A stretch of DNA of 64,000 nt from Octopus sinensis (Eukaryota), in the NCBI RefSeq assembly GCF_006345805.1, contig NC_043007.1, forward strand, positions 75,144,001 through 75,208,000, read 5' to 3'. The notes below the pieces were generated by a model. The model did not search any database. It had not been told where the DNA came from and saw nothing but the letters and a program-made list of their open reading frames with translations. Numbering within the stretch: the first letter of the stretch is position 1; each line of letters begins with the position of its first letter. This document shows, piece by piece, positions 14,196 to 27,844 of the stretch. The position numbers were made by a program, and so were the translations under genes.

Positions 14196-14940
14196 CGGAA
14201 AAAGTGAAAAAGAAGAAATTGGGGGAAGGAGTGGGGGTACAAAATAGTTCAAAATTCCGATTTTTGACAATTTTCCGCAATCTCCGTATCCGAAAAGGTG
14301 GGGTTTTGGCAAAAAGAAATTTTTTTTTAAACAATAATTTGCGAGAAAATGGGGAGGGGCGGGAGGAAGTCTTTCCTAACGATGATCGGAACCTGCACCA
14401 TCTGAAGCGCATTTGTAGAAAATGTCATTAAAAAAAAAATATCCATTTTTTTTTTTCTGGAAGTCAGGAGACAACAAAATGGGGACTGGGGAACACAACT
14501 TTTCGTTGTGGTGCACCTGAGCACTATACAATAATTTCATTATTATATTATTATTAAAAATTGTATATAATCATAAACAATTTAGTTTTCAAATACTTTG
14601 AACTTCCCAAGCCAATGAGGGTATCTTTGTGGTTGTTCCACCAGCTAAAAATAGCAACTAAATGTCCCTCAAATTACACCATACTGTGTGGACACATTAT
14701 ATAGTGTTGTCCTACACATCCCTAAAATGACAAGCTGGAATACCTTTGATCATAGGTCTGCTCAAATAGAGTTGGCCTGGGGTTAAATGATGACAACTTT
14801 GTACAGTTAATCCATCCCATACTCTTCCTACATTTATTCTACTCGTATTGAGTAAACAGCAGCTATATTAAACTTATTCTTATTCAATATGCCAGTTAAC
14901 CTAACTATAAGTGTAATTACAACAGAACCCCACCTTTAAA

Positions 14941-15258
14941 GACTCCGCCGGTTACGACGACGAGGGTCCCAGCTGATACGATCAACGGAACAGCTTGCTC
15001 GTGAAATTAACGTGCAAATGGCTGAGCATTCCACAGACACGTGTACCCTTAACGTAATTCTCGGGGATAATCAGCGTGACACAGAGAGTGACAAGGCTGA
15101 CCCTTTGAAATACAAGTACAACTCATTTTTGCCAGCTGAGTGGACTGGAGCAACGTGAAATAAAGTGTCTTGCTCAAGGACACAAAGCGTCGCCGGGAAT
15201 CGAACTCACAACCTTACGATCATGAGCCGAATGCCCTAACCACTAAGCCACGCGCCCT
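14941..15258 (-). mobile_element. tRNA-derived SINE family D
   Basis: Head GGCGCGTGGCTTAGTGGTTAGGGCATTCGG...GAGTTCGATTCCCGG and CORE-like CCTTGAGCAAGACAC. Related copies at 3472-3770, 29185-29522 and 37615-37940. Confidence 0.8.
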
Positions 15259-16899
15259 CACACAGAACCCCACCACCATCATCACGCAGAATATTACTGA
15301 ATCGCACTGCCGTAGTTGTCTTCCCTTACTCAAGATTTACCTCCCTTTTCTGCCAGCATTATTCCTTTCACCCTTTGTAGCGGACTGTTGCTTAGTGTCG
15401 TCTTTGACCATGGCTCCTCTCAAACTCAATATCGACTCACAAAATGCTGCTGTCGGTAAGCATACTTTATCATTACTATTTCCAACAATAATATACTCTT
15501 TCTCACTTCCCTATGACCCCCACCAATCACCGAAACTACCTAGAGTTTGAAATGAATCATGTAGTTTATTTATAATTTAACATCAGAAAATAGTCTTTCT
15601 GATCTTACCTTAAAGTATTTCCTAATATTTAATAATAATAATAATATATTTCTTTATTACCCACAAGGGGCTAAACATAGAGGGGACAAACAAGGACAGA
15701 CAAAGGGATTAAATCGATTACATCGACCCCAGTGCGTTACTGGTATAATTATATAAAGTTAGTCATGATTTAAACAATTAAAGTCGCCAGTTATTTGTTC
15801 TCTGTGAAATCTACCTGCAAGTCTCTCCTATAACTATTTTAAGGAATAGACGATATAACCAGAATATTTATTTTTCAGTTTCTTTATTTCAAAATAATGT
15901 AAATGCAGAAGTTATAATACACATATACGTACACACACACACACACGTTTGGATGTGTATGCTTATTGTAATGCGATGATTTTTAATTCTTTCGGATATG
16001 TCAGTGTAGAACATTTGTACACACAGCTATATATGTCTGTTTCTATTATATACGTGTTAATTTTAAATATAGAATACATCGGGTGTTTTTTTTTTTTTTC
16101 AATTTTGTTTTGTTCTTATTTCTTATGAAGTTACTTTTTTTTATCTTCCGCTTCTCTTTCCATGATGATGATGCAATCATAAACTTGTGAAATGTTCTCA
16201 TACTTTCATCAGGAAATTCTCTTTTGAGCTATAAATATGCTTGCGTACACATAAAACACGTGTGCAAGTCGTCGCCGAGTTTCTGATAGTACCAGCCGTG
16301 CGCGAAATTTTTTTTTCATATTCGTTCATAGGAAGTTGTTTTACACCTATTACACACATTTTTTTTTGATTTTCTGATATTTGTTACGCCCTATATTAAC
16401 CGTAATTTTTTCCCCACTCTTTCTAATTCTTATGTTATTCCTGGGTTCAATTTCAGAATAAACCCTCATTCCTCGTTACTTTATTTTATTCCAAATTTTT
16501 TTTTTCCGATTTCTATGGTTAACTACATTTCGTACCTTAATGTGTCGCTGAATTATATCAATATATAGTTAAATTCCTAAAGTATTAATTGTTGCATTTT
16601 AGACTCAAGTAGGCATTGATTGAGACATTCCGATCATAGCCATCACACCTAGATTTTCAGGAGGCATAGGTACACAGCACACTTACCCGAGATCTCTGTA
16701 AGTTTAAGGGCCCAATGGTTATGTATGTAGGGGGTCCTTTCTGTTGTTGAGAGGGCCCTGTCTGTGACTACAGTATCCAATGTGACCTTTTTGCAAACAT
16801 TAAGGTGTGAATTTTGGGAGTGACAGACTGTCTATTTTTTAGCCCGTCTGGCGAATACGTGAAAGCTACAATCCACCCTCGTTGAAGGTGAAGTAACTT

Positions 16900-17172
16900 A
16901 TTCATTTGGCATTAACTAAATCTGTGAGAGCTAAAATAGATTTTAACTAGTCAATCGATACGTTTTCTTGTTAGTATTTAACTGTCACACTGATCGATTC
17001 TGATTGTCAATTTGTATGATGCAATTTCAAAATATTGACGCAATAATATCAATACTTGAAGCTCGCGAATCAATTAGGTCATTCGGTTTGTTCGAAAAAG
17101 TTGTTATATTCTAGAATTAAGAATACATTCGACTGTTTATTTCTTGATATAAATAAAAAGAATGTGAGGATC
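16900..17172 (+). promoter_or_regulatory. Putative EPRS promoter/5' region
   Basis: Non-repetitive, CpG-retaining stretch just upstream of the candidate ATG exon, at the CpG-decay boundary. Contains a weak DRE-like AATCGATA and CTCGCGA, which are not diagnostic. Confidence 0.3.
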
Positions 17173-17203
17173 ATGGATAGAACGCCTGTGCTCATTAACA
17201 AAG
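17173..17203 (+). CDS. Candidate first coding exon of EPRS (MDRTPVLINK, phase-1 donor)
   Basis: ATG at 17173 followed by AAAG|GTAATT donor. It sits at the transition from CpG-retaining to CpG-depleted DNA upstream of the EPRS exons. No homology support, and a linking phase 1-to-2 exon was not found. Confidence 0.35.
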
Positions 17204-18309
17204 GTAATTTTAGCTAAAAACGAAATCAAACTAACTGGGTTTGATTTCTACGCGGTCGCCCGACCAGCTAGGAATAAAAGCTTATCTCATTTCACAACGC
17301 CTTAAAATAACAGGATATTCAGAAGTTTAATTCTTGATAAATTATACCTTAAAATGCGATGGCCATGACTGGAACGCCCTTGACCCTAGGACTGCTGGAT
17401 CAGTGCTGACTTAGTTAAACAACCCCGTATTGGATAGCCATAGTTATATGAAAGCTGTATTATTTTTTTGAGGTATTACAACAAGCATACACATCTAAAT
17501 GTGTGTGTGTGTGTACGTATATGTGTATTTATAACTTCTGCATTTACATTATTTTGAAATAAAGAAACTAAAAATTAAATATCTTGGTTATATCGTCTAT
17601 TCCTTAAAATCGTTCAAGCGTGGGTTTTAATACACCACCAACTTTGAAGTAGGCTTTTTTAGTATAAAACATCAGGGATCTTTTCTAAAAGATGGAAGAT
17701 CCAAAATCAGCGAAATTCTGGTTTAAGCACCCCGTATAAACCCCTCATAACTTTTTTTTTTTCATATTTTTTTGGAATTTTCAGAAATTTTTGCGAATTT
17801 GTGTTCTACACACGGGAATCCATACGATTGTTTTTAACTTTTTAACCCTTCACTTTTAGAAGTTCCACTCTTTTCCGAACCATTTTTTTTAAAAATCAGA
17901 GTTTAAAATACAGACAGTCAGAATTATTTGCTCAAATACCAGCAATGGACCACTCTTGGATGCGTCATCATTCTATTAAACAGGTTTATAGGGGGTGGAA
18001 AACATTAAAAAACATCAATACACGTCAGTGCGACAAAGAAACGAGTGAGTTATCAGGTGGTCGTGAGATGTGTGCCTGTGATATATATATGGGTATTTAT
18101 GTTTGTCCTCCATTATCTCTTGAACCTCTTGACAACCAGTGTTGGTGTGTTTACATCCTCATAATTTCATGGTTCAGCAAAAGAGACCAATAGAATAAGT
18201 ACTGTGCTTTAAAAAAAAAAGTTGAATTGTTCAACTAAAATTCCTCAAGGCAGTGCCCCAGCATGACCGCAGTCTAATGACTGAAACAAGTAAAAGATAC
18301 CATATTTAC

Positions 18310-18870
18310 TCGTATAGGTCTGATTTTATACTTCATTTATTTGGGAGATAGGGTGGATGTGAAGCAGCTGTGACAGCAAGAGCGAGACTTGGCTGGGGGA
18401 AGTTCAGGGAATGTGGAGTGTTTTTATATAGGAAGAGGTTCTTGTTGAAGAGGAAAGGAAGAGTCTATAGGAGTGGCATGAAAGGTACAATGCCGTATGG
18501 GAGTGAGATATGGTGTTTGTGGGAGAGAGAGATAGCAATTTTGAAAACCAAGGGAACTGTTTGATAAGAGGAGGACTGAAGACTTGATGGGGATGCTGGG
18601 GCTGGAGGAATCTGGAACGGCTGGCAAGGGCAAACGGAGTGCGGTGGTATGGGCATGTGTTGAGGATGAGGAGCATGTTCTGAGGAAGGTGCTTGCATTT
18701 GAAGTAAATGGACCTCAAAAGTGAGATAGACTGAGGAAAAAGTGGAGGAGATTGGGAGGGTTGGCTTGAGAAAGGATGCCCAAAACCGTGCTATGGCCTT
18801 GAGGTGGATCCGGCCACCCCCATTAACGAGGACAAAACCCAGATTTAAAATATTGGATGATGATGATTTA
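18310..18870 (+). mobile_element. RTE-clade LINE 3' fragment
   Basis: VTARARLGWGKFRECG...KGRVYRS....PYGSEIWCL..RE.AIL, ending in a (GAT)n tail. Confidence 0.85.
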
Positions 18871-19023
18871 ATTGGAAAAACTCACACGAATAAGAACGCT
18901 ATTTCACTTGCATTTCAAGTGTATAAAATTAGATTTTTTTCCTCAATGTAGTGAAACTGAAACAACAACCTTTGAAATTTTCATTAAATGAAACAATTAG
19001 TACTTAGAATTACAAACAAAATA

Positions 19024-20720
19024 CAGAGTGCATTCCAGAAATTTTCAGACTTTTGCAGGAGAGACATTTATTAATTCCAGAGAAGTACAAAACTTTAATC
19101 TCCTTTGACCCTTTAGCATTCAAACCAGTCATACCCAACGCCCAAATATTCTATCTGTTTTAGGTTCAAACCATCCAGATCCAGCCTCTCAGCCAGGTGA
19201 AATGCTTAGTGGTATTTCGTCTGTCTTTACGTTCTAAGTTCAAATTCTGATGAAGTCAACTTTGCCTTTCAGGGTCGATAAATTAAGTATCAGTTACGCA
19301 CTGGGGTCGATGTAATCGACTTAATCCCTTTGTTTGTCCCCTCTATGTTTACCTGACAATGTCATTGTAAAAGTATACTGTTACACCATTGAAATCTCAA
19401 AGCTACAAGATAATACATGATTAACTCAAAATAGTGTGAATAAATATGCACTACCTACTAAACACATGCTTGTCACAGGTGACTGGTTTGCAGAATGCAT
19501 TTGGGACATGAAGACAATTTGGAAGCTCGCGATACAATAAAATTTTGTGTTAAGCAGGACAGAATCTCTACAGAAACTTACAAAAGGTGGGAAGCTGGCA
19601 GAAACGTTAGCACACCAGGTGAAATGCTTAGTGGTATTTCGTCTGTCTTTATGTTCTGAGTTCAAATTCCGCCAAGGTCGACTTTGCCTTTCATCCTTTC
19701 GTGGTCGATAAATTAAGTACCAGTTACGCACTGGGGTCGATGTAATCAACTTAATCCTTTTGTCTGTCCTTGTTTGTCCCCTCTATGTTTAGCCCCTTGT
19801 GGGTAATGAAGAAATAAGAAACTTACAAAATACTCCAAACTGCTTATAAGCTGTTGTATAAGCTGGACATCTGTTTTTCACTAGCACAAGAGGTCAAACA
19901 AAGCAAGTCCTCCAGAAAGCTCACAATGACCCTATTTTGTGACAGCAAAGGCATCTGAATGTTAAAGAGTCAAAGTAAGATCTCTGAGTTCAATGCCCTT
20001 GTTGTTAGCACTCCAGCAACTTTGTGAAGGCCCTGTGGAAGTACTCCAAAGTGAAGGTGACCGGGACCCATGTCACAGCCTCCTCCTTATTCTCCTTCAG
20101 CTTGAAGAACAACCAAAAGTCACAGGGAGCAAGGTCTAGATCGTAGGGTAGGTGAGAAGCAGTTTTGATGCTCATCTTTGTAAAGTAGTTGGAATTGTGA
20201 TCTGGTGCAGGTGCTCTGGCATTTTGCAACAAAATCTCTTCAGACCCCCCACAAAGTAATTTTTGGTGACCATCTGGCCAAAGGGAACCCAGATGTAGAT
20301 GGTACCCTTGCTGTGGAAAAATGGGATCATCATGAGCTTTCTGGAGGACTTGCCTTGTTTGGCCTCTTGTGCTAGCGAAAAACACATGCTCAGCTCATAC
20401 AAGTTAATCTAAAAACAATCTGGAGCACTTCATAAGTTCCTGTAGTGTTTCTGCTTGGTTTAACACAAAACTTTATTGCATGGCTGCAGGCTTCCAAATT
20501 ATTTTCATATCCCGACTGCACTCTGCAAGCCAGTCAGCTGTGACAAGCAGTGTTTAGTAAGGTGCGTTCAAAGTGCTATTACGTCATCTCCTTTAATCTA
20601 GATTAACAAAAGTTGCAGGTCAGCTTTATATGTATATAGTAATGTTATACTAAAATTTCAGTAATCTAGGATGTTATAACTCTCCTAAAAAAAGTCTCAA
20701 AACTTCTGGAATGCACCTTA
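19024..20720 (-). mobile_element. Decayed mariner transposon with nested SINE/MITE insertions
   Basis: TIR pair GTGCATTCCAGAA.TTTT.AGACTTTT with TA flanks. Minus-strand remnants IPFFHSKGTI..WVPFGQMV and HLPYDLDLAPCDFWLFFKLK (20005-20402). Confidence 0.85.
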
Positions 20721-20979
20721 TATATTTCTTTATATATGAAAAAGAAGTGTTGTAGATCCCCTCTAACCCTATATCATCTTGTACGGTGTTTCCCAGAGGA
20801 GATAGGACAAGGTGCTTGTGATGTTTGAAGAAGGATGGAGACTAATTGCCTTATTTGATAAAAAATATAATTGGTCGTAATGGTTTTAATCTTACCTGAC
20901 ACCATGGCAAAGAAAGAATTATATGAATATAAACTTTGTTTTGTCTTAACTGATTCAGGCAGTTACTGGGGTGTCACTC

Positions 20980-21330
20980 TTGACGCTTTTATAGTCAATT
21001 GTCAGCATTAGTCACTGTTCTCTGTCATGCATAGCAAATTTGCTGCGTTGTGACCCATTCAGTCTTTGGTGCTGTCAAACCAGGATTTTCTCTGCCTGCC
21101 TCTCTTTTCTCTCCCTCAAATGTGCCCTGAAGAATGATTTTGGACAGAGAATTATGACAGGATACATGCCCGTACCAGACAAGCTTTCGTCTTATCTGCA
21201 CAAGGAGTGATTCCTGTTTGCCAGTGTATTTGTTGATTGGCTGCCTGACAAAGCTATTCATTTTGTTCTGTGTACAGCATGTGTAATTGTCTCTGAAAGC
21301 ACTTGTGCTCAAATACCTGAATTCTGACAT
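20980..21330 (-). mobile_element. RTE LINE 3' fragment
   Basis: RRKLVWYGHVSCHNSLSKIILQGTFEG motif. Confidence 0.75.
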
Positions 21331-23631
21331 ACCTGCATGTCAGCTGTAAGAGTCCAGCTTTCACAACCATATGGTATATATTTCTTTACTACCCACAAGG
21401 GGACAAACAAGGACAGACAAACGGATTAACTTGATTACATTGACCCCAGTGCGTAACTGGTACTTAATTTATCGACCCCGAAAGGATGAAAGGCAAAGTC
21501 GACCTCGGCAGAATTTGAACTCAGAACGTAACGGCAGACGAAATACAGCTACACATTTCACCCAGCATGCTAACGTTTCTGCCAGCTCGCTGCCCTTTCA
21601 CAACCATAAGGTATAGAAAGGTAAATATAACAGAAGCAGTACAGAAGATTGGACAGGGTTGGTAAATTCATGAAAGTGTGCAAGGAAAAAGCACTCTTTG
21701 TGTTACAAGTCATACAGAAACCCAATAAGTTATAGCTACATGGTTTAAACCCTAGTAGTGAACCTGCAGTGTTTGTTCTGACTCAAATTTATGCTTGAAT
21801 GCCTAATATCATTTATATTACAAATCTTACAAGTTACTCGACTCTTGAATACATTTTAATGTTTCTGTTGTTCTCTCTCCATCTCTCTTTCTCTTTGTGT
21901 CTTTGTGTATATTTCTGTGCACCAAAACTGGCTGAATGTCCAGTCAGTTGTGCCAAATCATTGGCATCCAAATAACAGCTGTCAACTGTCTCGTTCCATA
22001 TTCTTGTGTGTCTTCACACAAAGTCCGAGGATCTCGCTGAAACAGCTTGTGTACCTGAATGGAATTCCTGCATACTCTTATTTTATTTCTTATGTTTGCT
22101 TAACATAGATGGCAGTAGAGTCCTGACTTCTTCCTTGTTCACTAAAATTTTCAATTTTGCTTAATTTACGTTGAGCTCTTCCAATTTTAAGCTTTGCTTC
22201 CACATTTAGAATTTGTTCACTATTCCTTGGAACTATTTCTCTTCTTCTGCATTTGATCTGATCACATAAAAGTCTTTCCAGTTTGCTCATTTTTCTAAAT
22301 CTACAAGAATTATGTATGAAATCAGAAAATAATATTTTGGTCAGGAATATATATACATACTTCTTCATTTTTGTTTTTTTTACAGCCAGTCTGTTGGTTC
22401 TTGAAAACTTCAAGTCAGCATCCAAATTCTCTTGTGATATTAAATACAAAAATATCAATTCCATTGAAATAGACAGGTATGGTTATAGTCTATATTAAGT
22501 TGTTTTTCTTCTCTGCATATTTTCCTTCAAAGTAACCCTTTTGCATTTAAACTGGCTATGTCCAGGCCAAATATTCTACCTGTTTTATGTTCAAAGTAGT
22601 CAGCCTCTCACACCCACCCTACAATGTCATTTTGAAAATAAACAATTACAGAAAAAAATCCCAAAGTACCAAAATTACACGTGATTAATTAAAAATAATG
22701 AGAATAAATAAACATTGCATTTGACAGAGTAATCTGAATGCTAAGAGTTAATTATTCACTGAACTACTGTTATCATACTTTAGATAGATTTTTTGTTGAA
22801 AATAACCCCACATATTTTTTACAACTAAATAATTTTAATACTGACTGGATGAAATAATTGCAGGGTTTTGTAGTGTTTTTTTTTTTTGGTGGGGTAACAT
22901 TTTCTTATGTCAAGGGTCAGCTAAAATTTTTTGATGTGCATGTTTTCTGGTTGGATGTTGTTTTTCCATGTCTGCCTCTCCACCATGAGATAGAATTAAT
23001 TCTTAGTTACTCTCCTGAGGATATTCAGACAGATTGACCCAAAATTTACTTGAACTTTATGCCAACTATAGCAGTTCATTGAACTTTATTTTGACTAATA
23101 ACAGTTCATTGAACTTTATGCAGGATGTCTTATTGTAACTATTGTAGCTGACATTTTTTGGAGCATATCAGGAACCATGAGAATGACTATAATAATGAGT
23201 GAACTTGACAGCACAGTGATGGATAAATTGGCCATCAGCAAACAAGGAATATGCATTCAGCATAGTACCAAATGCACCAAACGTCAACTGTAGCAGATTA
23301 CTAACTTTACATAAGATGATACATTATATAATTGTTTCCCCTTAAAAGTTCCCATGTTGGTTACGTTTGTTTGAAATGCCAGCTATTTGCTCTTCTCTAG
23401 TTCAGCTTGATGCTAATAATTGCAAAATAATGAGAATATATGTGTGTGTGCGTATATATATATATATATCCACACAGACACACACACAAGGACATGACAA
23501 GTAAATAGACACCCTTATAATCATTAAAATTTATTTCATTCTGAAATTATACATTCAAATTATTTATTAATTATTATAATGTCAATATCTAATATTTAGT
23601 AGACATTCCATTTGCATAAGTGTCTTGTCCA

Positions 23632-23832
23632 TTATGCCCCAGAGGTGTTCAGTAGAGTTCGTATCTGGTTACAGGCGTGGCTATGGAAGCTTTTAGCTGT
23701 GTGACAAGGAGCCCCATCTTCCATAAATAAAGAGTTTTTTTTTTTTATTTCACTACTGAAGATTGGAAAGAGTCCTTTCTGCAATATAGACATATATTTA
23801 TTTGAATATGTTCCAAGGCTTCCTTTGTGCAT
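23632..23832 (-). pseudogene. Tc1-like transposase fragment
   Basis: FMEDGAPCHTAKS motif only. Confidence 0.5.
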
Positions 23833-25226
23833 GGTGTGATTAAACAGTTACGTATAGAACTTAAAATAAAAATGTCAATTAATAAAAAATATAAACCTTT
23901 TCAAGTTAAAATAAACATAAAACAATGTTTTATGGGAACCTTTTCTGACTGTCTGTGTGTATATATATTTATATAGGTTTAGCTGTGTGATTACTTCCTA
24001 ACCTTATGGTTTCAAGTTCAGTCCCACTGCTTGACACTGTGAACAAGTGTCTTCTGCTATGGCCCTGGGCTGACCAAGTCCTTGTGAGTGGATTTTATCA
24101 TCGTTTAACATCCACTTTCCATGCTGGCATGGGTTGGACAGAAACTGAAAGCAGCCTCTGTGTGTGTGTGTGTATGTATATGTCTTTGTGAGTTTGTGTC
24201 CCCTTGTTTTGACATTATAGGATACTTACCTACTTGTACTTGTGACGGCATTCACCCAGGGCAGGTTGAGCTGGCTTCTTCTCTGGTCCTAACAGCATCA
24301 CAAACCATGGCAGCCCACGCTCTACGATAAAGGAAGACCTCTCCAAACTCTCAGGTCCGCAGGTGGTCGGTCTTCGCAGATGGAACCGCGAATGGCTCGC
24401 CATCTCCAGTGACCTCGCACAGGACATTATAGGATAGTTGAAAGCGGCTTTCACTGTCACATAAGCAGTATCATTCCTTTCCAATATTACTACTTTGGCA
24501 AGGTTTCTATGTCTGGATACCCTTCCAATCACTTTGTAAAGTATACTGAGTACTTTTTACATGGCACTGGTACTAGTGAGGTCATGAAGCAACTCACAAG
24601 ACAAGACCACCTCAACTTAGGTACAGTTATTTCCAAGCCACTGTTAGGTACGATTGACTTTGATGAGGAATCTGATGCATGTGCTCTTATTTTTGAGCTT
24701 AGTTCTGATGCTATGTATATTACTGGTTCTGTGAATTTCCCCAGGCAGACACTTGCAGCAATGTAGAGACCCAGTAGAATTTTAAAGTTTGTCTCTAAAT
24801 TACTGGCCCTTTAAGCAAGAGTTTATTTTGGTTTCCGTAGCATTTAAGCCATTGATAGTATTAGACTTGCCCCTCCTGAATGGAACACCAGCTTGACAAT
24901 GCAGGGTTAAATTCCCCCAGGTATTACTAGTACACATTTTCAGCTGAGCAAACTGAAACCACATGAAATGTAGTGCCTTATGTAACAATCATGGACTCAG
25001 TAGCCAAAGCACTATGCACCCCAAGCCTTCATAGGAATTTCTTTGAGCCTTATGCCTCAGTCTTAAGTAGATGTTGACCTTGAAGTTAAGACTTGATTTA
25101 CATCAGTTAGTTGACTGGAAGCCTTTTCATGAATTATTCCTTTTTACTTATTTACAGCTTCATTGAAAGAAAAGAGTAATCATGTTGTAATTTTATTCTA
25201 AGACCAGTTATAATTTATTTTCACAG

Positions 25227-25323
25227 TAATACAACTCTTGAAGGAGATGCATCAATGTGTCGGTATTTGGTTCGTTCAAATTCAAGTCCTTTATATGGCT
25301 CTTCTTTGCTTGAAGCAACTGAG
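25227..25323 (+). CDS. EPRS: EPRS exon, GST-like N-terminal domain (NTTLEGDASMCRYLVRSNSSPLYGSSLLEATE)
   Basis: cacAG acceptor, GAG|GTAAAA donor, 97 nt, phase 2 to 0. Resembles vertebrate EPRS ...SILRYLAR...LYGSNLMEHTE. Confidence 0.85.
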
Positions 25324-27011
25324 GTAAAATTTATACTTGATATTAATTTCAAATTTTGGCACAAGGCCAACAATTTCAGGGGTTGGGGGTAAGTCACATA
25401 CATCAACCCCAGTGTTCAACTGGTACTTATTTATCAATCCTGAAAGGTAAAGTCGTCCTTGGTGGAATTTGAACTCTGAACTGTCGCTAAACATATTGCC
25501 CTGTATGCTAACGATTCTACCAGCTTGCCACCTTGTACTCAATATTGAGATGAATATTAACAATGTTTTAATAAGTTACAACCAATTCTTTGTTTCTAGG
25601 CTTGGCTCTGTGGTAAGAAGTGTGTTTCCCAACCACATGGTTCTAGGTTCAGTTCCACTGTGTGGCACCTTGGGCAAGTGTCTTCTGCTATAGCTCCGGG
25701 CCAACCAAAACTTTGTGAGTGGATTTGGTAGACGGAAACTGGAAGAAGCCTATCACATGTGTGTGTGTGTGTGTCTGTCTCCCCCGCCCCCACCATCACT
25801 TGGCAACCAATGCTGGTGTGTTTATGTCTCTGTAACTTAGCAGTTTGGCAAAAGAGACTAATAGAATAAGTACTAGGCTTACAAAGAATAAGCCCTGGGG
25901 GTCGATTTCTTCAACTAAAACCCATAAAGGTGCTTCTCCTACATGGCCACAGTCATATGACCAAAACAAATTAAAGAATATATATATAAGAAATTACAAT
26001 AAACACAAGTTCAAAAAAATCATTAGTTCCCTGTGTATGTTTCACCATTGTGGTTGTTTGCAATGTCAGCATTGGATGTTTCAAGTGCAACTAGATGCAT
26101 AACCACAATAGGTCATCAGAGGAACATTTTATTGCATTATTTACAGAGATGATGATAATCTGTGACATACATTCTATAAAAATTCTCAACTCAAAATATT
26201 TTCTGAACATCAGTTATTCAAGATGTGTCTGCTATTCTCTATGTATGAGTAGTCCGCTTTTCTCTGCCATCTATAAGCATACATTTAGCACTATTTTGAG
26301 CCCTAGAACTCATAGCACTGGTTACTTAGTTCCCATGGTGTATAGTGACCAATTCCTAGAACTCATTAGGCTGGTTACTCAAAGTATGGTGTATTTGTGA
26401 CTTAGGTCACAACTTTTCCCTTGATCAGGTTGTCAATCTGTTGTAGAGTTAACATTCTATGGTTGAGTAAACTGGAGCAACATGAAATTAAGTGTTTTGC
26501 TCAAGAGCGCGTCACTCCACCCGGTCCAGGAATTGAAACCACAATCTTGTGATTGTGAGTGCAACACCTTAACCACGAGGCCATATGCCATCACATATAA
26601 ACACAACTGTCATTTAAAGATATAAATCCTTTAAAATGTTTTAGCCCGAAGGTCGCGGCCATGGTGGGGCACCACCGCTGTTTATTTTTTAAGATGTTGT
26701 TCAACCCTTTAGCATTTAAACTGGACAAATCCAGCCAAAATATTCTACCTGCTTTATGTTCAAACTGACTAGATCCAGCCTTTCTCATCTACCCTAAAAT
26801 GTAATTCTAAAAATGTACAGTCACATCATTGAAATCTCAAAGCTGTGTGATAATGCATGATTAATTAAAAGCAATAAGAATAAATAAGCATTACATTTGA
26901 CAGAGTAATCTGAATGCTAAAGGGTCAAGCTTACCTTATTAGCACAATTGTTTCCATATATCTATAGTATTGATATATATTGGCTTTTTTTTTTTCTTTT
27001 TATTCAAATAG

Positions 27012-27165
27012 ATTGATTTTTGGATTGATTTTGCTCAGACCCAGTTCTCTGATGCTTCATTTGATAAAGATGTTTATCACCTAGATAAAGTTCTGGGACC
27101 AATTACATATTTAGTTGGACACCAGCTGACTTTGGCAGATATTTTTATATGGAAACAACTCCACT
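27012..27165 (+). CDS. EPRS: EPRS exon, GST-like domain (IDFWIDFAQ...TYLVGHQLTLADIFIWKQLH)
   Basis: tAG acceptor, GTAAGT donor, 154 nt, phase 0 to 1. IDxW and TYLVG..LTLAD motifs. Confidence 0.93.
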
Positions 27166-27844
27166 GTAAGTATTGTCTATTTTCTATTTATAATTTCTTG
27201 AAAGATCAAAAGGCAGCAATTAACCATGCCGTTATTGAGTTACAGAAATAGAAGGCATTATAGAGGATGCGTGCCTATGCCAGTTGTACACCATTTACAG
27301 CAGGTTATTGACATTTCTCAAATATTTTAATGTTTAACCATGTAACACTAAACTTTCAGCACTATGTCAGTGTACTTTTTTTTATCAATGTTGTTTGTTC
27401 TTAATTCAGTTTTGTGTCTGGATTGTTGTAACTGAAAGTTTTACTTTACTTTAAACATACTGGTGTAAAAATGAGCCTCTGAAGCAATTAGACACAGTAC
27501 TAGTCAAGCCAATGAGAGAGCTGCTATTTGGTAATTCAAATTGCTAGAAATAGCAGCCAAATCTTCCTAAAATCTCTAATAAAATGGATGTGCACTTTGG
27601 ATTATGTAGTCCTAGATATGCTGTCTCTGAAAATAAGTTACGATAATCACACTGAAATGCCTTGACTAGAAGTCTGTTTGCTCTGGGTTCATCAGGGATT
27701 AAATATTATACAAAGCTACCAGGATTTGAAATTGCAATTCTTTGTATTTGTTGTCTAGCATCTTAAACCAAACTTATTTTTTACTCTCATGGAAATTAAA
27801 TAATATCCTAATTGTTTTTCATTGTTTGTTTTAATGTTTTCCAG

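Larger units (their letters stand above)
15836..17610. repeat. Inverted repeat pair (~136 bp) at 15836-15972 and 17475-17610
   Basis: ATTTTAAGGAATAGACGATATAACC...TGTGTATGCTT.TTGTAAT is present in opposite orientations. Confidence 0.9.
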
